A program made the translations under genes and the position numbers. From the NCBI GenBank assembly GCA_019894975.1, contig JAGXNO010000028.1, forward strand, positions 1-46,994: a stretch of 46,994 bases of DNA. Reading direction: 5' to 3'. Source of the DNA: Promethearchaeota archaeon (GTDB taxonomy: Archaea > Asgardarchaeota > Lokiarchaeia > Sigyniarchaeales > SOKP01). Numbering within the stretch: position 1 is the stretch's first letter; every line of letters begins with the position of its first letter. The notes beneath the pieces are model-generated. The model saw nothing but the letters and a program-made list of their open reading frames with translations, ran no database searches and had not been told where the DNA came from. Below, in pieces: positions 8,363-18,210 of the stretch.

Positions 8363-9976
8363 GTGTTGAAATTACAGAATGAATTAGGGCCTAATATTCC
8401 TGTGAATAAACCTCTCGTTGTCCGCACGATTAAGGATGTCACTAAAGAGCAACGGGAGTATGCACTTGAGAAAACAGAGTATAACGTCTTTTCATTTCCC
8501 GCAGATTTGTTATTTGTAGATTTCTTATCGGATTCTGGATCAGGAACTATGACAGATTTACAATGGGCTTCTCTTTTTCACGGGGATGAATCATATGGTC
8601 GAAATAAAGGCTATTATGTCCTTTTAGATGCAATTCGAGATACTTTCGAGCGTGGTGATAAACCAAATCGAGCTATAAATCTGATTCTTTCTGGAGAAAC
8701 AAATGTGAAAAAATTAATGGATGAGCTTTATCTTACTTCTTTTGAAGGAGGTTTTGTTAATGGTGGAGTACACCAATTAATTCGTCCAAATGCTTTTATA
8801 GTTCCACAGGGTCGATGTGCAGAGTTCTTACTCTTTTCCACTATTGCTCCAATACTGAAAGAAAAGTATCCATCTAATGAGTTTTTTATCCCAAATAATG
8901 GTCATTTTGATACAACCGAAGCAAATATTACAGTTAATGGTATAACACCAGTTAATCTCTTTTCAGCTAATTTATTGGATGAGTTTCCTTATGATCAAAT
9001 GGATAACAGGAATCCTTTCAAGGGAAATATGGATATCAAGAGATTAGAAACTTTAATTCATGAAAAAGGAGTAGACTCTATTCCCTTAATTTATATAACA
9101 ATTACCAATAACACTGCAGCAGGACAACCAGTTGAAATGAATAATATTAGAGAGGTAAAAAAAGTAGCAAATAAATATGATATTCCTCTCTTTTTTGATG
9201 CCTGTAGATTTGCTGAAAATGCAAATTTTATCAAAGAATTTGAAAAAGGATATCAAAATCGCACTATCCTAAACATCGTTCAAGAAATGTTTTCACATGT
9301 AGATGGGTTTACTATAAGTTTCAAAAAAGATGGACTGGCAAATATTGGTGGAGGATTTTTCTTTCGAGATAATGGAAAGTTCCACGAAAAATTCTCCTTT
9401 AAAGAAGATATCGGGATTAAATTAAAAGAAAAACAAATCCTAACTTTTGGAAACGATAGTTACGGAGGGATGAGTGGTAGAGATATTATGGCGCTTGCTA
9501 CTGGATTATATGAAGTTGTACAGGAATCTTATTTGAATGAGCGAAAATTTCAAATAAGAACATTCGCTCGAAAACTTGCCGAAAATCACGTTCCAGTAAT
9601 CCTTCCAGCTGGAGGACATGCTATTTATCTTAATATGGATAAGTTCTTTGAAGGGTTAGATGCTAAAATTGATGAGTTTAGAGGAGTTGGTTTCACTATT
9701 GAATTGATTCGTCACTATGGTATTAGAGCATGTGAGTTAGGACCGTTTGCTTTTGAATGGGATAAGAAAAATCCTGAACAGCAAAAAGGAATTTTAAATT
9801 TAGTAAGATTTGCCGTACCTCGAAATGTATATGGTCCTTCTCATATTGATTATGCTGTAGCAGCTATTACTGAATTATATAATAACCGAGATAAAATTCC
9901 AAAAGTAGAGATTTCTCGTGGAGCCAATTTGCGATTACGGCATTTCCAAACAGGTCTACAACCTATCTATAAGTAA
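8363..9976 (+). CDS. tnaA: Tryptophanase (beta-eliminating lyase, PLP-dependent)
   Basis: DFLSDSG, GDESY, QGRCAE, HFDTT, TNNTAAGQP, DACRFAEN, SFKKDG (PLP Lys), YGGMSGRD, GGHA; C-terminal LRHF (tryptophanase) rather than LRFF (tyrosine phenol-lyase). Confidence 0.8.
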   Translation: MLKLQNELGPNIPVNKPLVVRTIKDVTKEQREYALEKTEYNVFSFPADLLFVDFLSDSGSGTMTDLQWASLFHGDESYGRNKGYYVLLDAIRDTFERGDKPNRAINLILSGETNVKKLMDELYLTSFEGGFVNGGVHQLIRPNAFIVPQGRCAEFLLFSTIAPILKEKYPSNEFFIPNNGHFDTTEANITVNGITPVNLFSANLLDEFPYDQMDNRNPFKGNMDIKRLETLIHEKGVDSIPLIYITITNNTAAGQPVEMNNIREVKKVANKYDIPLFFDACRFAENANFIKEFEKGYQNRTILNIVQEMFSHVDGFTISFKKDGLANIGGGFFFRDNGKFHEKFSFKEDIGIKLKEKQILTFGNDSYGGMSGRDIMALATGLYEVVQESYLNERKFQIRTFARKLAENHVPVILPAGGHAIYLNMDKFFEGLDAKIDEFRGVGFTIELIRHYGIRACELGPFAFEWDKKNPEQQKGILNLVRFAVPRNVYGPSHIDYAVAAITELYNNRDKIPKVEISRGANLRLRHFQTGLQPIYK

Positions 9977-10088
9977 CAATATAGAAATTTGACTTAGTCT
10001 GATAACCCAATATAACACTGATTTTTATCTATATAACTTAATATATTGTATTTAACTTATAAAGCGTATAAATAACATTTATAGGAGA

Positions 10089-11435
10089 ATGTTAAAAATG
10101 ACTGGGATTTTAGATGGAATTTTAGTATTAGATTTTTCAGAATATATTGCCGGTCCATATTGCGGGTTTTTGCTCGCAGATCTTGGCGCAGAAGTTATAA
10201 AAATCGAACCTCCTGACGGATCTGAAGAAAGACGATGGGGTAGATGGAGTCGATATAAAGGCAATACAAGAATGGCCCTGACGGTGAACAGAGGCAAGAA
10301 AAGTCTTTGTCTTGATGTTAGAAAGGAAGAGGCAAAGAAAATTATCTACCGTTTGGTTGAAAAGGCCGATATTGTAGTTCAAAATTACACACCTGGAGTC
10401 GCCAAAAGGCTAGGGATCGATTATGATACTCTATCAGCAATCAACAAGGGAATAATCTTCATCTCAAGTACCGCATTTGGTGAAGTAGGGCCTTACAAAA
10501 CGCGTAAAGGTTTTGATATTATCGCACACGCCGCTTCTGGTATGATGGCCGCCTACTCTGATGAAGATGGTAAACCACGTGGCCCTGGAGGAAGCCCTTT
10601 TATAGATATTGGCACAGGTATGCTCAATGCCTTCAGTGCTGTATCGGCTCTATTTGCCAGAACGAAGACCGGAGAGGGTCAAAAAATAGAAACATCACTC
10701 TTTTGTACTGGTATGGCTTTAAGAGCTGCAGGGTTCTCAAAGATCGAAAGCCTGGATAAAGAAAAACATCAAGAGGAATTGGAAATTTTAAGCAATGGTT
10801 TTCGGGAGGGAAAGACTCATACTGAGATTATTGACGAATTAGCCTATTTAAATCTTCGACATGAAATGCCTAAATCAACCCGGATACTCGAAGTTCCTGA
10901 TTGTAATCACAGGCCCGCAGACAGATATTCACTCCCGTATTATCGAATTTATGAAACCGCAAACGGATTTATGAGTGTTGCCGCACTCACAACTCGGCAG
11001 AGAGAGGATATGTGTGAAGTTATAGACATACACGAAAAAGGAGCTGGGGTTGAATTCAGCCAGATTAACGATGATGTTATATATAATAATCAATTGGCAA
11101 TGAAAGATCGGTTTGAAAAACGTTTTCGAGAAAAAACGAGTGAAGAATGGATCGAAGCTCTAGAGAAAGTCGGAGTTCCCTGTGGACCCGTAAATTACAG
11201 TGCGAATCTTTTCTATGATCCGCAGGTCAAGGCATTAAACATGATCTGGGATCTTGAAAACAGTAAACTAGGTCCTTATCAAATGATCGGTCACCCAATC
11301 AAGTTCACAAAAAATCCAGTAAAGCCCGGAAAAGGGGCTCCAACTTTAGGTGAAGATTCTGTTTCTATCTTAGAGCAGTTTGGATACAATAATGATGAGA
11401 TTGAGGAGTTTAAAAAACAGGCTGTTATAAAATAA
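10089..11435 (+). CDS. Class III CoA-transferase (CaiB/BaiF family)
   Basis: LDGILVLDFS.YIAGP, LADLGAEVIKIEPP.G, NRGKKS, ADIVVQNY.PG, GFD, APTLGE. Confidence 0.93.
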   Translation: MLKMTGILDGILVLDFSEYIAGPYCGFLLADLGAEVIKIEPPDGSEERRWGRWSRYKGNTRMALTVNRGKKSLCLDVRKEEAKKIIYRLVEKADIVVQNYTPGVAKRLGIDYDTLSAINKGIIFISSTAFGEVGPYKTRKGFDIIAHAASGMMAAYSDEDGKPRGPGGSPFIDIGTGMLNAFSAVSALFARTKTGEGQKIETSLFCTGMALRAAGFSKIESLDKEKHQEELEILSNGFREGKTHTEIIDELAYLNLRHEMPKSTRILEVPDCNHRPADRYSLPYYRIYETANGFMSVAALTTRQREDMCEVIDIHEKGAGVEFSQINDDVIYNNQLAMKDRFEKRFREKTSEEWIEALEKVGVPCGPVNYSANLFYDPQVKALNMIWDLENSKLGPYQMIGHPIKFTKNPVKPGKGAPTLGEDSVSILEQFGYNNDEIEEFKKQAVIK

Positions 11436-11521
11436 GCAGACTGAATTTTCAACCTATCTCTAAAAATTTTTTTCTATAAATAACTCTGAATAATTAAAGG
11501 AAAAATAAGATTAAAAAATCC

Positions 11522-11833
11522 TTATATTTCTAACATTCGCAATTTCTGGGATATATCTTTTCTTCTTAGTATCTTCATAAAATCATCCTTTCTCTGCTGA
11601 AGACGAGTTAAAAAGGAATCTAATTTATCAAAATTGTTAAAATAGTAATCCTTCCCTTCAACCATCATTTTTACTCCTTTTTTATCGTTTAAAATGATGG
11701 CATAAATTCCGCCTACCTCTGAATCATGTTTAATGAAGACTTTCTCTGAATTTGGCATCTTTTCATTTCCTTTTTTTGCCCAGAAGTTATTTTTTAGCAA
11801 ATAAGATCGATACATTGACATTTTTTCACACAC
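11522..11833 (-). CDS. Hypothetical small basic protein (start uncertain)
   Basis: 103-codon ORF with no competing gene; no recognisable motif. Confidence 0.5.
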   Translation of the reverse strand: MCEKMSMYRSYLLKNNFWAKKGNEKMPNSEKVFIKHDSEVGGIYAIILNDKKGVKMMVEGKDYYFNNFDKLDSFLTRLQQRKDDFMKILRRKDISQKLRMLEI

Positions 11834-12449
11834 AACCTTTTTTTTATTTTAATCATGGTGAGTCATCGAGATATGCTCATCAATATGCTCGATAATACCA
11901 TCGACATATAGCTCTGAGTAATATATAATAAGGTTAAATTATAACATCGTGTAATATGCAAGGAACACAATATTACTGTGATATTATAAAACTTTATTTC
12001 TACACTACACAAGAAACTAAGATTCTAAAATCATATATAAATCACAAAGTAAAAAGTCCAGAAGTATTTACTAAAATTTTTTTACTTGGGGTAGAACTAT
12101 AATTATTTCAAGTGGAAATTTACTCACAAGTACAAGATATCTGGGTATTATGAGATTTTTTAATTGAAAGACTATCATCTAACACATATCAATTAAAAAT
12201 TTTCCTCTAGGAAAATACTTAGAATTACAAAAATGTAGAAGATTCTATAAATTGCACCAAGAAAACAATTGATTTCGATAATTCGTCTCAAAAAAACAAT
12301 TAAATTCGTACAAATTGAAGCTTGTATCTTATGTGTGTTTGGTTATAACGAAAAACTTACAAAATGATTCGGATTAAAATATACTGAAAACTAATATTAA
12401 TTGGTTAATAAGGGGAAGATTTGATTTACTTAATAATTAAGGTTAGGGG

Positions 12450-12764
12450 TTGAAAAAACTAAATATGATTTCAGAAATAGAATTTTTTCATGATATTTTT
12501 GATGAATTTGTATGTTTAGAAGAAACCCTGCAAGATAACGAGATATGGAAGTCAAGTTCAATTATAAAATTAATGAACGTATCTCATGAATTTGAAGACA
12601 AACAGATGCTTGCTGAAGGATTAAAAATGATCCTCAATTTATGCAAGTTTAGAGAATGCGGTGAATTAATTGACTTTTATGACTCAGAAAGTTATCATGT
12701 AAACGATTTAACGGGACCAGATAAGGGTTTAGTAGATTCAATATTAAAAGCAGAATTTACTTGA
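12450..12764 (+). CDS. Hypothetical small acidic protein
   Basis: 104-codon ORF, purine-rich upstream sequence, protein-like composition. Confidence 0.6.
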   Translation: MKKLNMISEIEFFHDIFDEFVCLEETLQDNEIWKSSSIIKLMNVSHEFEDKQMLAEGLKMILNLCKFRECGELIDFYDSESYHVNDLTGPDKGLVDSILKAEFT

Positions 12765-13263
12765 ATTGTTTTTCAAACTGCCAAATAGAATCTTGAATAG
12801 TATGAAGATTCTTTATTACTTTTCCAGAACTTATAGATTCCATCTCTGAAGCATCATACATTGCTTTACCTACAGCTAACGCTCGATGTTTTGTTTCCTC
12901 TTCGATTTTTATAATATCTCCTTTTTTAATCGAGGGGTCAATCTTCGTGATCCCAGGTCTCATTACATCAGCACCGTTAGTAACAAACCTTACTGCCCCA
13001 AAATCTACTACAACCGTTTTTAAATCTACTCTATTGTTTAGTAGAAGTGTCAATACGGGGATATATCCTTCTTTGGACTTCCATAACTTTAATTCATTAT
13101 TAACGGCAAATAATGTATCCCCTGATTCTGTCTGTATTAGTTCTACATTACTCTTTTTAGGAAAAATCTGATCAATGAAGCTTTGGTCATAATGATTTAA
13201 AATTTCCTCCTTCAGAGTTGTTAACTCTGATTTTCGAATAAAGTGTCGTTGTTTTATTTTCAT
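12757..13263 (-). CDS. Archaeal pre-PUA/PUA RNA-binding protein (MCT-1/Tma20-like)
   Basis: RHFIRKSE N-terminus; VVVDFGAVRFVTNGADVMRPGI, GKVIKNLH PUA motifs. Confidence 0.9.
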   Translation of the reverse strand: MKIKQRHFIRKSELTTLKEEILNHYDQSFIDQIFPKKSNVELIQTESGDTLFAVNNELKLWKSKEGYIPVLTLLLNNRVDLKTVVVDFGAVRFVTNGADVMRPGITKIDPSIKKGDIIKIEEETKHRALAVGKAMYDASEMESISSGKVIKNLHTIQDSIWQFEKQFK

Positions 13264-13359
13264 AATTCAAATTACAATTAGACTTTTCTTAAATAAAAAT
13301 CTTTTAATTAATTTTCATTAAGTTAAAAAAATAATAAAGAAAATATATTATCCACATTC

Positions 13360-13905
13360 ATGAGTAAGGTTTATAATTCTGCTGTTGTGATTATACCTCC
13401 ACAAGAGAAGTGGGATTCAATACAAGAAATTCGTGAAACCTATGATAGAGGTTTTAATCGATGGATGCCCCATATAACTTTACTTTATCCTTTTAGACCA
13501 AAAACAGAATACATGAATCTTGAAAAGGAATTTTCCGAAATATGCAGAAATCTAAAACCGTTTGAAATTAATTTTAAATATTTTAAATTCTTTAGTCATG
13601 GACACCAGAATTTTACTCTTTGGCTCGATCCCGAACCCGCAGATTTAATAATTAATCTGCAAACAGAAATTTTGAAACTTGTTCCTGATTGTAATGATGT
13701 AAATAAATTTAAAAAAGGTTTTAAGCCTCATTTAAGCGTTGGTCAGATTAAAGGGAAACAAAATTTGACTGACAGTATTTCAAAACTACAGAAAAACTGG
13801 ATAGAGCTTACTTTTTTACTCGACAAAATTTACTTTATCTCTCGTGAAAACATAAAAACTGCTCAATTTGAAATCGCGAAACAAATTCAATTTAATACGG
13901 AATAA
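13360..13905 (+). CDS. 2H phosphoesterase (2'-5' RNA ligase superfamily)
   Basis: Two Hx(T/S) motifs: PHITLLYPF and PHLSVG. Confidence 0.88.
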   Translation: MSKVYNSAVVIIPPQEKWDSIQEIRETYDRGFNRWMPHITLLYPFRPKTEYMNLEKEFSEICRNLKPFEINFKYFKFFSHGHQNFTLWLDPEPADLIINLQTEILKLVPDCNDVNKFKKGFKPHLSVGQIKGKQNLTDSISKLQKNWIELTFLLDKIYFISRENIKTAQFEIAKQIQFNTE

Positions 13906-13980
13906 TTAACATTTTTATATCCGAATTTCATTAATTAATTAATTAAAAACCGAAAATAATCTACTAGAAAATTAAGCATT

Positions 13981-14562
13981 ATGAATGACAAGAAAAAATC
14001 TGATGAAGAACTAGTGTTTCATGAACGACAGGAGATGATTTACAAGATAATTGTGATTGGGGACCCTGCAGTTGGCAAAACAAGCCTTTTAACTAATTTC
14101 TGTGGTGACAAATTCAAATATGAGTACGAGCCAACTGTTGGAGTAAATATAACAAAGCAGAAAATCACTGTTAAGAATGATATGGGGAAGGATACAGATA
14201 TTTATTTAATGATATGGGACATCGCAGGACAACCCCAATTCTATATGCTCCATCGCCCGTACTTTAATGGTGCAGACGGGATGATTTTAGTATATGATGT
14301 TACTCGATCAAGTTCTTTCTCAAACGTAAATAATTGGTATTCAACAGCAGTAAAATACGGTCTTTCAGGAGTTCCACGGGTTTTAATAGGTAATAAAATA
14401 GATTTGAAAGATGAGAAAAAAATTATCTTACCTATGGCAGAACACTTATCTCAGAAATTAAATGCCCCATTTTTTGAAACCTCAGCATTGACGGGTGAGA
14501 GTGTCGCTGAAATGTTCTTTAAAATAGGAGAACTTACACTTCTTTCAAAATTGCAAGAATAA
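13981..14562 (+). CDS. Rab-like small GTPase
   Basis: GDPAVGKTS, YEPTVG, IWDIAGQ, YFNGADG, GNKID, ETSAL; no C-terminal Cys. Confidence 0.93.
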   Translation: MNDKKKSDEELVFHERQEMIYKIIVIGDPAVGKTSLLTNFCGDKFKYEYEPTVGVNITKQKITVKNDMGKDTDIYLMIWDIAGQPQFYMLHRPYFNGADGMILVYDVTRSSSFSNVNNWYSTAVKYGLSGVPRVLIGNKIDLKDEKKIILPMAEHLSQKLNAPFFETSALTGESVAEMFFKIGELTLLSKLQE

Positions 14563-14586
14563 CTACACTTTTTTCTCTACTACTTA

Positions 14587-15189
14587 TTATCCTTTTACTG
14601 ATAACTTATTGATCCAAAAATTGATTTTTTCCTTAAGATCTTGCTTTATCTCACCAGGAAGGGTCTCTAAACCATTAATTTTTTTATTAAACTGCCCTAT
14701 TTCGTAAAGGATCCTATGTCCTCCAGTAAAATCGAGGATGTCTCCTTTAATTTTCTCTAATTGGCTTATTACTGTTTGATGATCATCATTTTCATCCAAA
14801 TAGGTAGCTAAGTGATTAAATTCATCTATAATTGACTGCTTTCTATCTGTAGCCGACATATCACGTTCAACTGTTTCGGTTTCGGCTTCTCTTGCTCGGA
14901 ATGAAATATTAGACCGCTGAATCAACGTTCTAATTAAATCAAGCTCTGCTTCAAGAATTTTCTGATTTTCAATTACATTGGTGAGTTGTGGTAATAATGC
15001 TTTAACATCAATTGTGGCTTTACTTAATTCATCAACTTTATCAGTTAGCATCTTTATTTTTAAATTTGTTTGTCCCATCTTGGTTATAATATCAAGTCCA
15101 AATTTCTCGAGTATCGAAGCGAATGCAGTAAGTTTTTCATTTATTTCCTTGAAATTTTTTGGGTTATTTGGATCTTCCATTAGCACCAC
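14587..15189 (-). CDS. Hypothetical protein: N-terminal coiled coil plus C-terminal helical bundle
   Basis: Heptad periodicity over residues ~15-90, polar linker, amphipathic helices ending KINFWINKL. Confidence 0.75.
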   Translation of the reverse strand: MVLMEDPNNPKNFKEINEKLTAFASILEKFGLDIITKMGQTNLKIKMLTDKVDELSKATIDVKALLPQLTNVIENQKILEAELDLIRTLIQRSNISFRAREAETETVERDMSATDRKQSIIDEFNHLATYLDENDDHQTVISQLEKIKGDILDFTGGHRILYEIGQFNKKINGLETLPGEIKQDLKEKINFWINKLSVKG

Positions 15190-15307
15190 TCTCTTAGTTA
15201 TCGATCTAAAAAGTTATATTTAGTTGGTAAGTATAAGTATTACATAATTATTTTTTATTGAAATTTATTATTTAATTAATATAATGCTTTTATAAAAAAC
15301 TTCTCAA

Positions 15308-16198
15308 GTGATAAAGTTGATTCAGTACATAAACATTCTTACTAAGGACGGTAAATCGTTGTTATTCAGAAACTATGGCACTTCCGAAGTTGATAGAGAC
15401 TTATTGGCTGGATTCTTAAGCGCATTCTCAGGATTTATGAAGGAAATTAGCCAGAGTGACATTAAAAGTACACAGACAGAGGATTTCAAGTATTTCTATA
15501 CCATTATCGATACAATTATTATTGTCGTTTGTACAGATTTAATAGATGATGATTCTACTGTTAATTCAAAAATTCTAAGTATAAGAACAAGATTTATTGA
15601 GCAGTATGGGAAAATCCTTAAAGATGGAAGTTGGGCAGGAAATCGAACCATTTTTTATGATTTTGAAAAAGAATTGGATAATCTTATATTAGGAGCAATT
15701 AAGATTTCGATCCTTGGTTTTGGGGGCGTTGGGAAAACCACGTTAACACGACTAATTTGTGGACAAGATGTTGACCTTGAGTATGTACCTACAATTACAG
15801 CTGATATAGCTTCTTATGAAGGGGATGAGTTCGAAAGATCTATTACTCTTTGGGACTTTGCAGGGCAGGCTCAATTTAGGTCACTATGGAAAAGCCTATT
15901 GCAAGGCTCAGATATCTGCCTTTTAGTTACTGATTCAACATTTGAAAATATAAATGAATCTAAAGAAATTATACATGATATTTTAGATAAACATTTTCAA
16001 GAAAAACTCGTAATTGGTATTGCTAATAAACAAGATTTACCAAATCGGCTTACACCAAAGTTTTGTGAAAGGATTTTGGCTAGTGAAGAACGATTGATTA
16101 AAACCCATGGAATGAGCGCAATTAAACCAATGTATCGCGAGAAAATTTTGGCAATATTAAGAGAAGCCATAAAAGAAATTTCAAGGATAAGTGATTAA
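15308..16198 (+). CDS. Longin domain fused to an Arf/Rag-like small GTPase
   Basis: N-terminal INILTKDGKSLLFRNY...DLLAGFLSAF..F..E longin pattern; GFGGVGKTT, PTI, WDFAGQ.QFRSLW, NKQDL, SAI. Confidence 0.88.
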   Translation: MIKLIQYINILTKDGKSLLFRNYGTSEVDRDLLAGFLSAFSGFMKEISQSDIKSTQTEDFKYFYTIIDTIIIVVCTDLIDDDSTVNSKILSIRTRFIEQYGKILKDGSWAGNRTIFYDFEKELDNLILGAIKISILGFGGVGKTTLTRLICGQDVDLEYVPTITADIASYEGDEFERSITLWDFAGQAQFRSLWKSLLQGSDICLLVTDSTFENINESKEIIHDILDKHFQEKLVIGIANKQDLPNRLTPKFCERILASEERLIKTHGMSAIKPMYREKILAILREAIKEISRISD

Positions 16199-16274
16199 TC
16201 TAGATTTTAAATTCTGATTGAAATAAAAATAATTTTAAGATTTTCAATCCTTTTTCCTATCATCTTATTATTTT

Positions 16275-18032
16275 TTGGTGAATAAATTGATTGAACTAGA
16301 AGTAGAAGGTATTGAATTAGAGGATTTAAAGGGAGGAATTAAAATTCTCAGATTACCAGAGTTGACTGAACAAGAAAAAAGTATCATTGATCCAATTGTA
16401 GCTCCAACGTCAGGATTAAGAATCCAATTATGCGATACTCTTGAAGAAAATAAAAAATATTATATCCCAAATAGAAAGCTCTTTCTATTCTTAAGAGTAT
16501 TTAAAGCAATCAGTCAACACTATAGAGAACTAAAGGGTGATGAAAAATTAAATATATTAATCGTAACAGATAATCGACCAACTAAAGATTTATTATTACA
16601 ATACTGTTCAGAGATTTTTGCTTACGATGGTTTTCAAATTTACTATCAACAAGATTCTCAATTTGAATCCAAAGTATCTTCTCCTTATGGTGCTGCTTCT
16701 GTCGCTTTATATGAGGATATTGATCTTATTATCGTTCTTACCGCAAGTCATAATGATTTGTCTTGGAACGGAATTAAGTTCTATATAGAATACCCTATGC
16801 CAATGTCGGGAAAAAATTTTAAAGAAATTTCTAAAAAAGCTTTAACCTATAAAGAAATCTATCTTAAAACGGATTATCAAGCTATACAAATAGATGCTAT
16901 TAAAAAGAATAACGAGTATGTGAAGAAATTATTATCTGAAGTAATGGAAATTAAGAGCATTAAAGACAAAAATATTATAATTTGGCCATACTTAGGTAAG
17001 GCACGGGGGATAGTCGATTTATTCAGAGATTACGGTGCTAATGTTATATTAATCGAAGAAGAAATTAACCCTCCTAATCCTATAAAAGTCATTTATGAAG
17101 AAAAACTAAAAGAGATTATGGAAAAAAATGATTCTACCCTTGCTTTGCTACTTGACGCAGATAGGGATAGGATTGCATTATATGTGAAGCAAAATGGACA
17201 ATATTTCACCTACATTCCAAATGAGATTTATTCAGCAATGCATAATATTCTAGCTAAAAAATTTAGTAAAAAGATCATTAACGTTAGAACGATTCCAAGT
17301 GATTTACGTGGGGATCATACAAGTTATATTAACATTTTAACTGGTGTAGGATATAAACATTTAGGAGTTATTATGTATTATTTGTATGGAATTAGTGTTG
17401 AGCAATCTAAAGTTGATACCGCTATTCTCTATTTTGAAGATCAAAATAAGAAATTAGTCAAAATAAACAATCCAACACCCCTGAAACAGCAGATTTTAAC
17501 TTTAATGGATTTAAACAACACCAACAATGAATCTTTCTTGGTGGTATATTGGGAAGAATCAGGAGGGCATACTTTAAACATATTAAATGTATCTAAAAAT
17601 CCTGAAACTGGAAAGGCAGAATTCTCTACTGATTTACCTATTATAGCAGATAAATATCCCGTTCCGGCATTAGTATTAATAGCAGAATTAATCTGTCGTG
17701 GTTTTGTTATTTCAGAATCAATAGATTGGTCAATAAAAGGAATAAACAGGACCATATCCGCAACAGATATAGAGAAGGTTAAAATCATGAAGAATTTTAA
17801 AGAATACGATGGAAAAATTATTAAGATTGAGGATACAGATTATCTAATCAATGCATTATCTGATAATAGCAACATGGTAGATCTCTACCAACTTAGAAGC
17901 AGTGATTCAATCCTTTATTTTCGTCCAAGCGGAACGGGACCAGACGTGAGATTTTATATTTTTGGTAAAAGAGAAACTCATCTGGAAGAGATAAAAAAAG
18001 TAATGTATTATATCGAAAATAATTTTAAATGA
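16275..18032 (+). CDS. Alpha-D-phosphohexomutase (PGM/PMM-like), divergent
   Basis: TSGLR, TASHN (phospho-Ser), DADRDR metal loop, EESGG, FRPSGTGP..RFY. Confidence 0.85.
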   Translation: MVNKLIELEVEGIELEDLKGGIKILRLPELTEQEKSIIDPIVAPTSGLRIQLCDTLEENKKYYIPNRKLFLFLRVFKAISQHYRELKGDEKLNILIVTDNRPTKDLLLQYCSEIFAYDGFQIYYQQDSQFESKVSSPYGAASVALYEDIDLIIVLTASHNDLSWNGIKFYIEYPMPMSGKNFKEISKKALTYKEIYLKTDYQAIQIDAIKKNNEYVKKLLSEVMEIKSIKDKNIIIWPYLGKARGIVDLFRDYGANVILIEEEINPPNPIKVIYEEKLKEIMEKNDSTLALLLDADRDRIALYVKQNGQYFTYIPNEIYSAMHNILAKKFSKKIINVRTIPSDLRGDHTSYINILTGVGYKHLGVIMYYLYGISVEQSKVDTAILYFEDQNKKLVKINNPTPLKQQILTLMDLNNTNNESFLVVYWEESGGHTLNILNVSKNPETGKAEFSTDLPIIADKYPVPALVLIAELICRGFVISESIDWSIKGINRTISATDIEKVKIMKNFKEYDGKIIKIEDTDYLINALSDNSNMVDLYQLRSSDSILYFRPSGTGPDVRFYIFGKRETHLEEIKKVMYYIENNFK

Positions 18033-18166
18033 TTGTTTTTTATTTCCAAAATAATCTGAGCCTGGATTCGATTAATATTCTTCTATCCAAAAACATTTTT
18101 TAAAACAATATAAGGAATTCATACCTTTCATTAAGTTTAAATAATAAAAAAATTATATCTTATTTG

Positions 18167-18188
18167 GATATGTAAATATTTGACATGT
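18167..18188. promoter_or_regulatory. Putative PadR operator 1 (GATATGT-N9-ACATGT) upstream of padR
   Basis: gatatgt aaatatttg acatgt; same arms and spacing as the site at 18832. Confidence 0.6.
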
Positions 18189-18210
18189 CGATCGAATTAT
18201 CTGTAATAAC

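Noticed and set aside
14587-15189. SNARE assignment for the coiled-coil protein
   Set aside because: No C-terminal TM and no clear zero-layer pattern; generic heptads only
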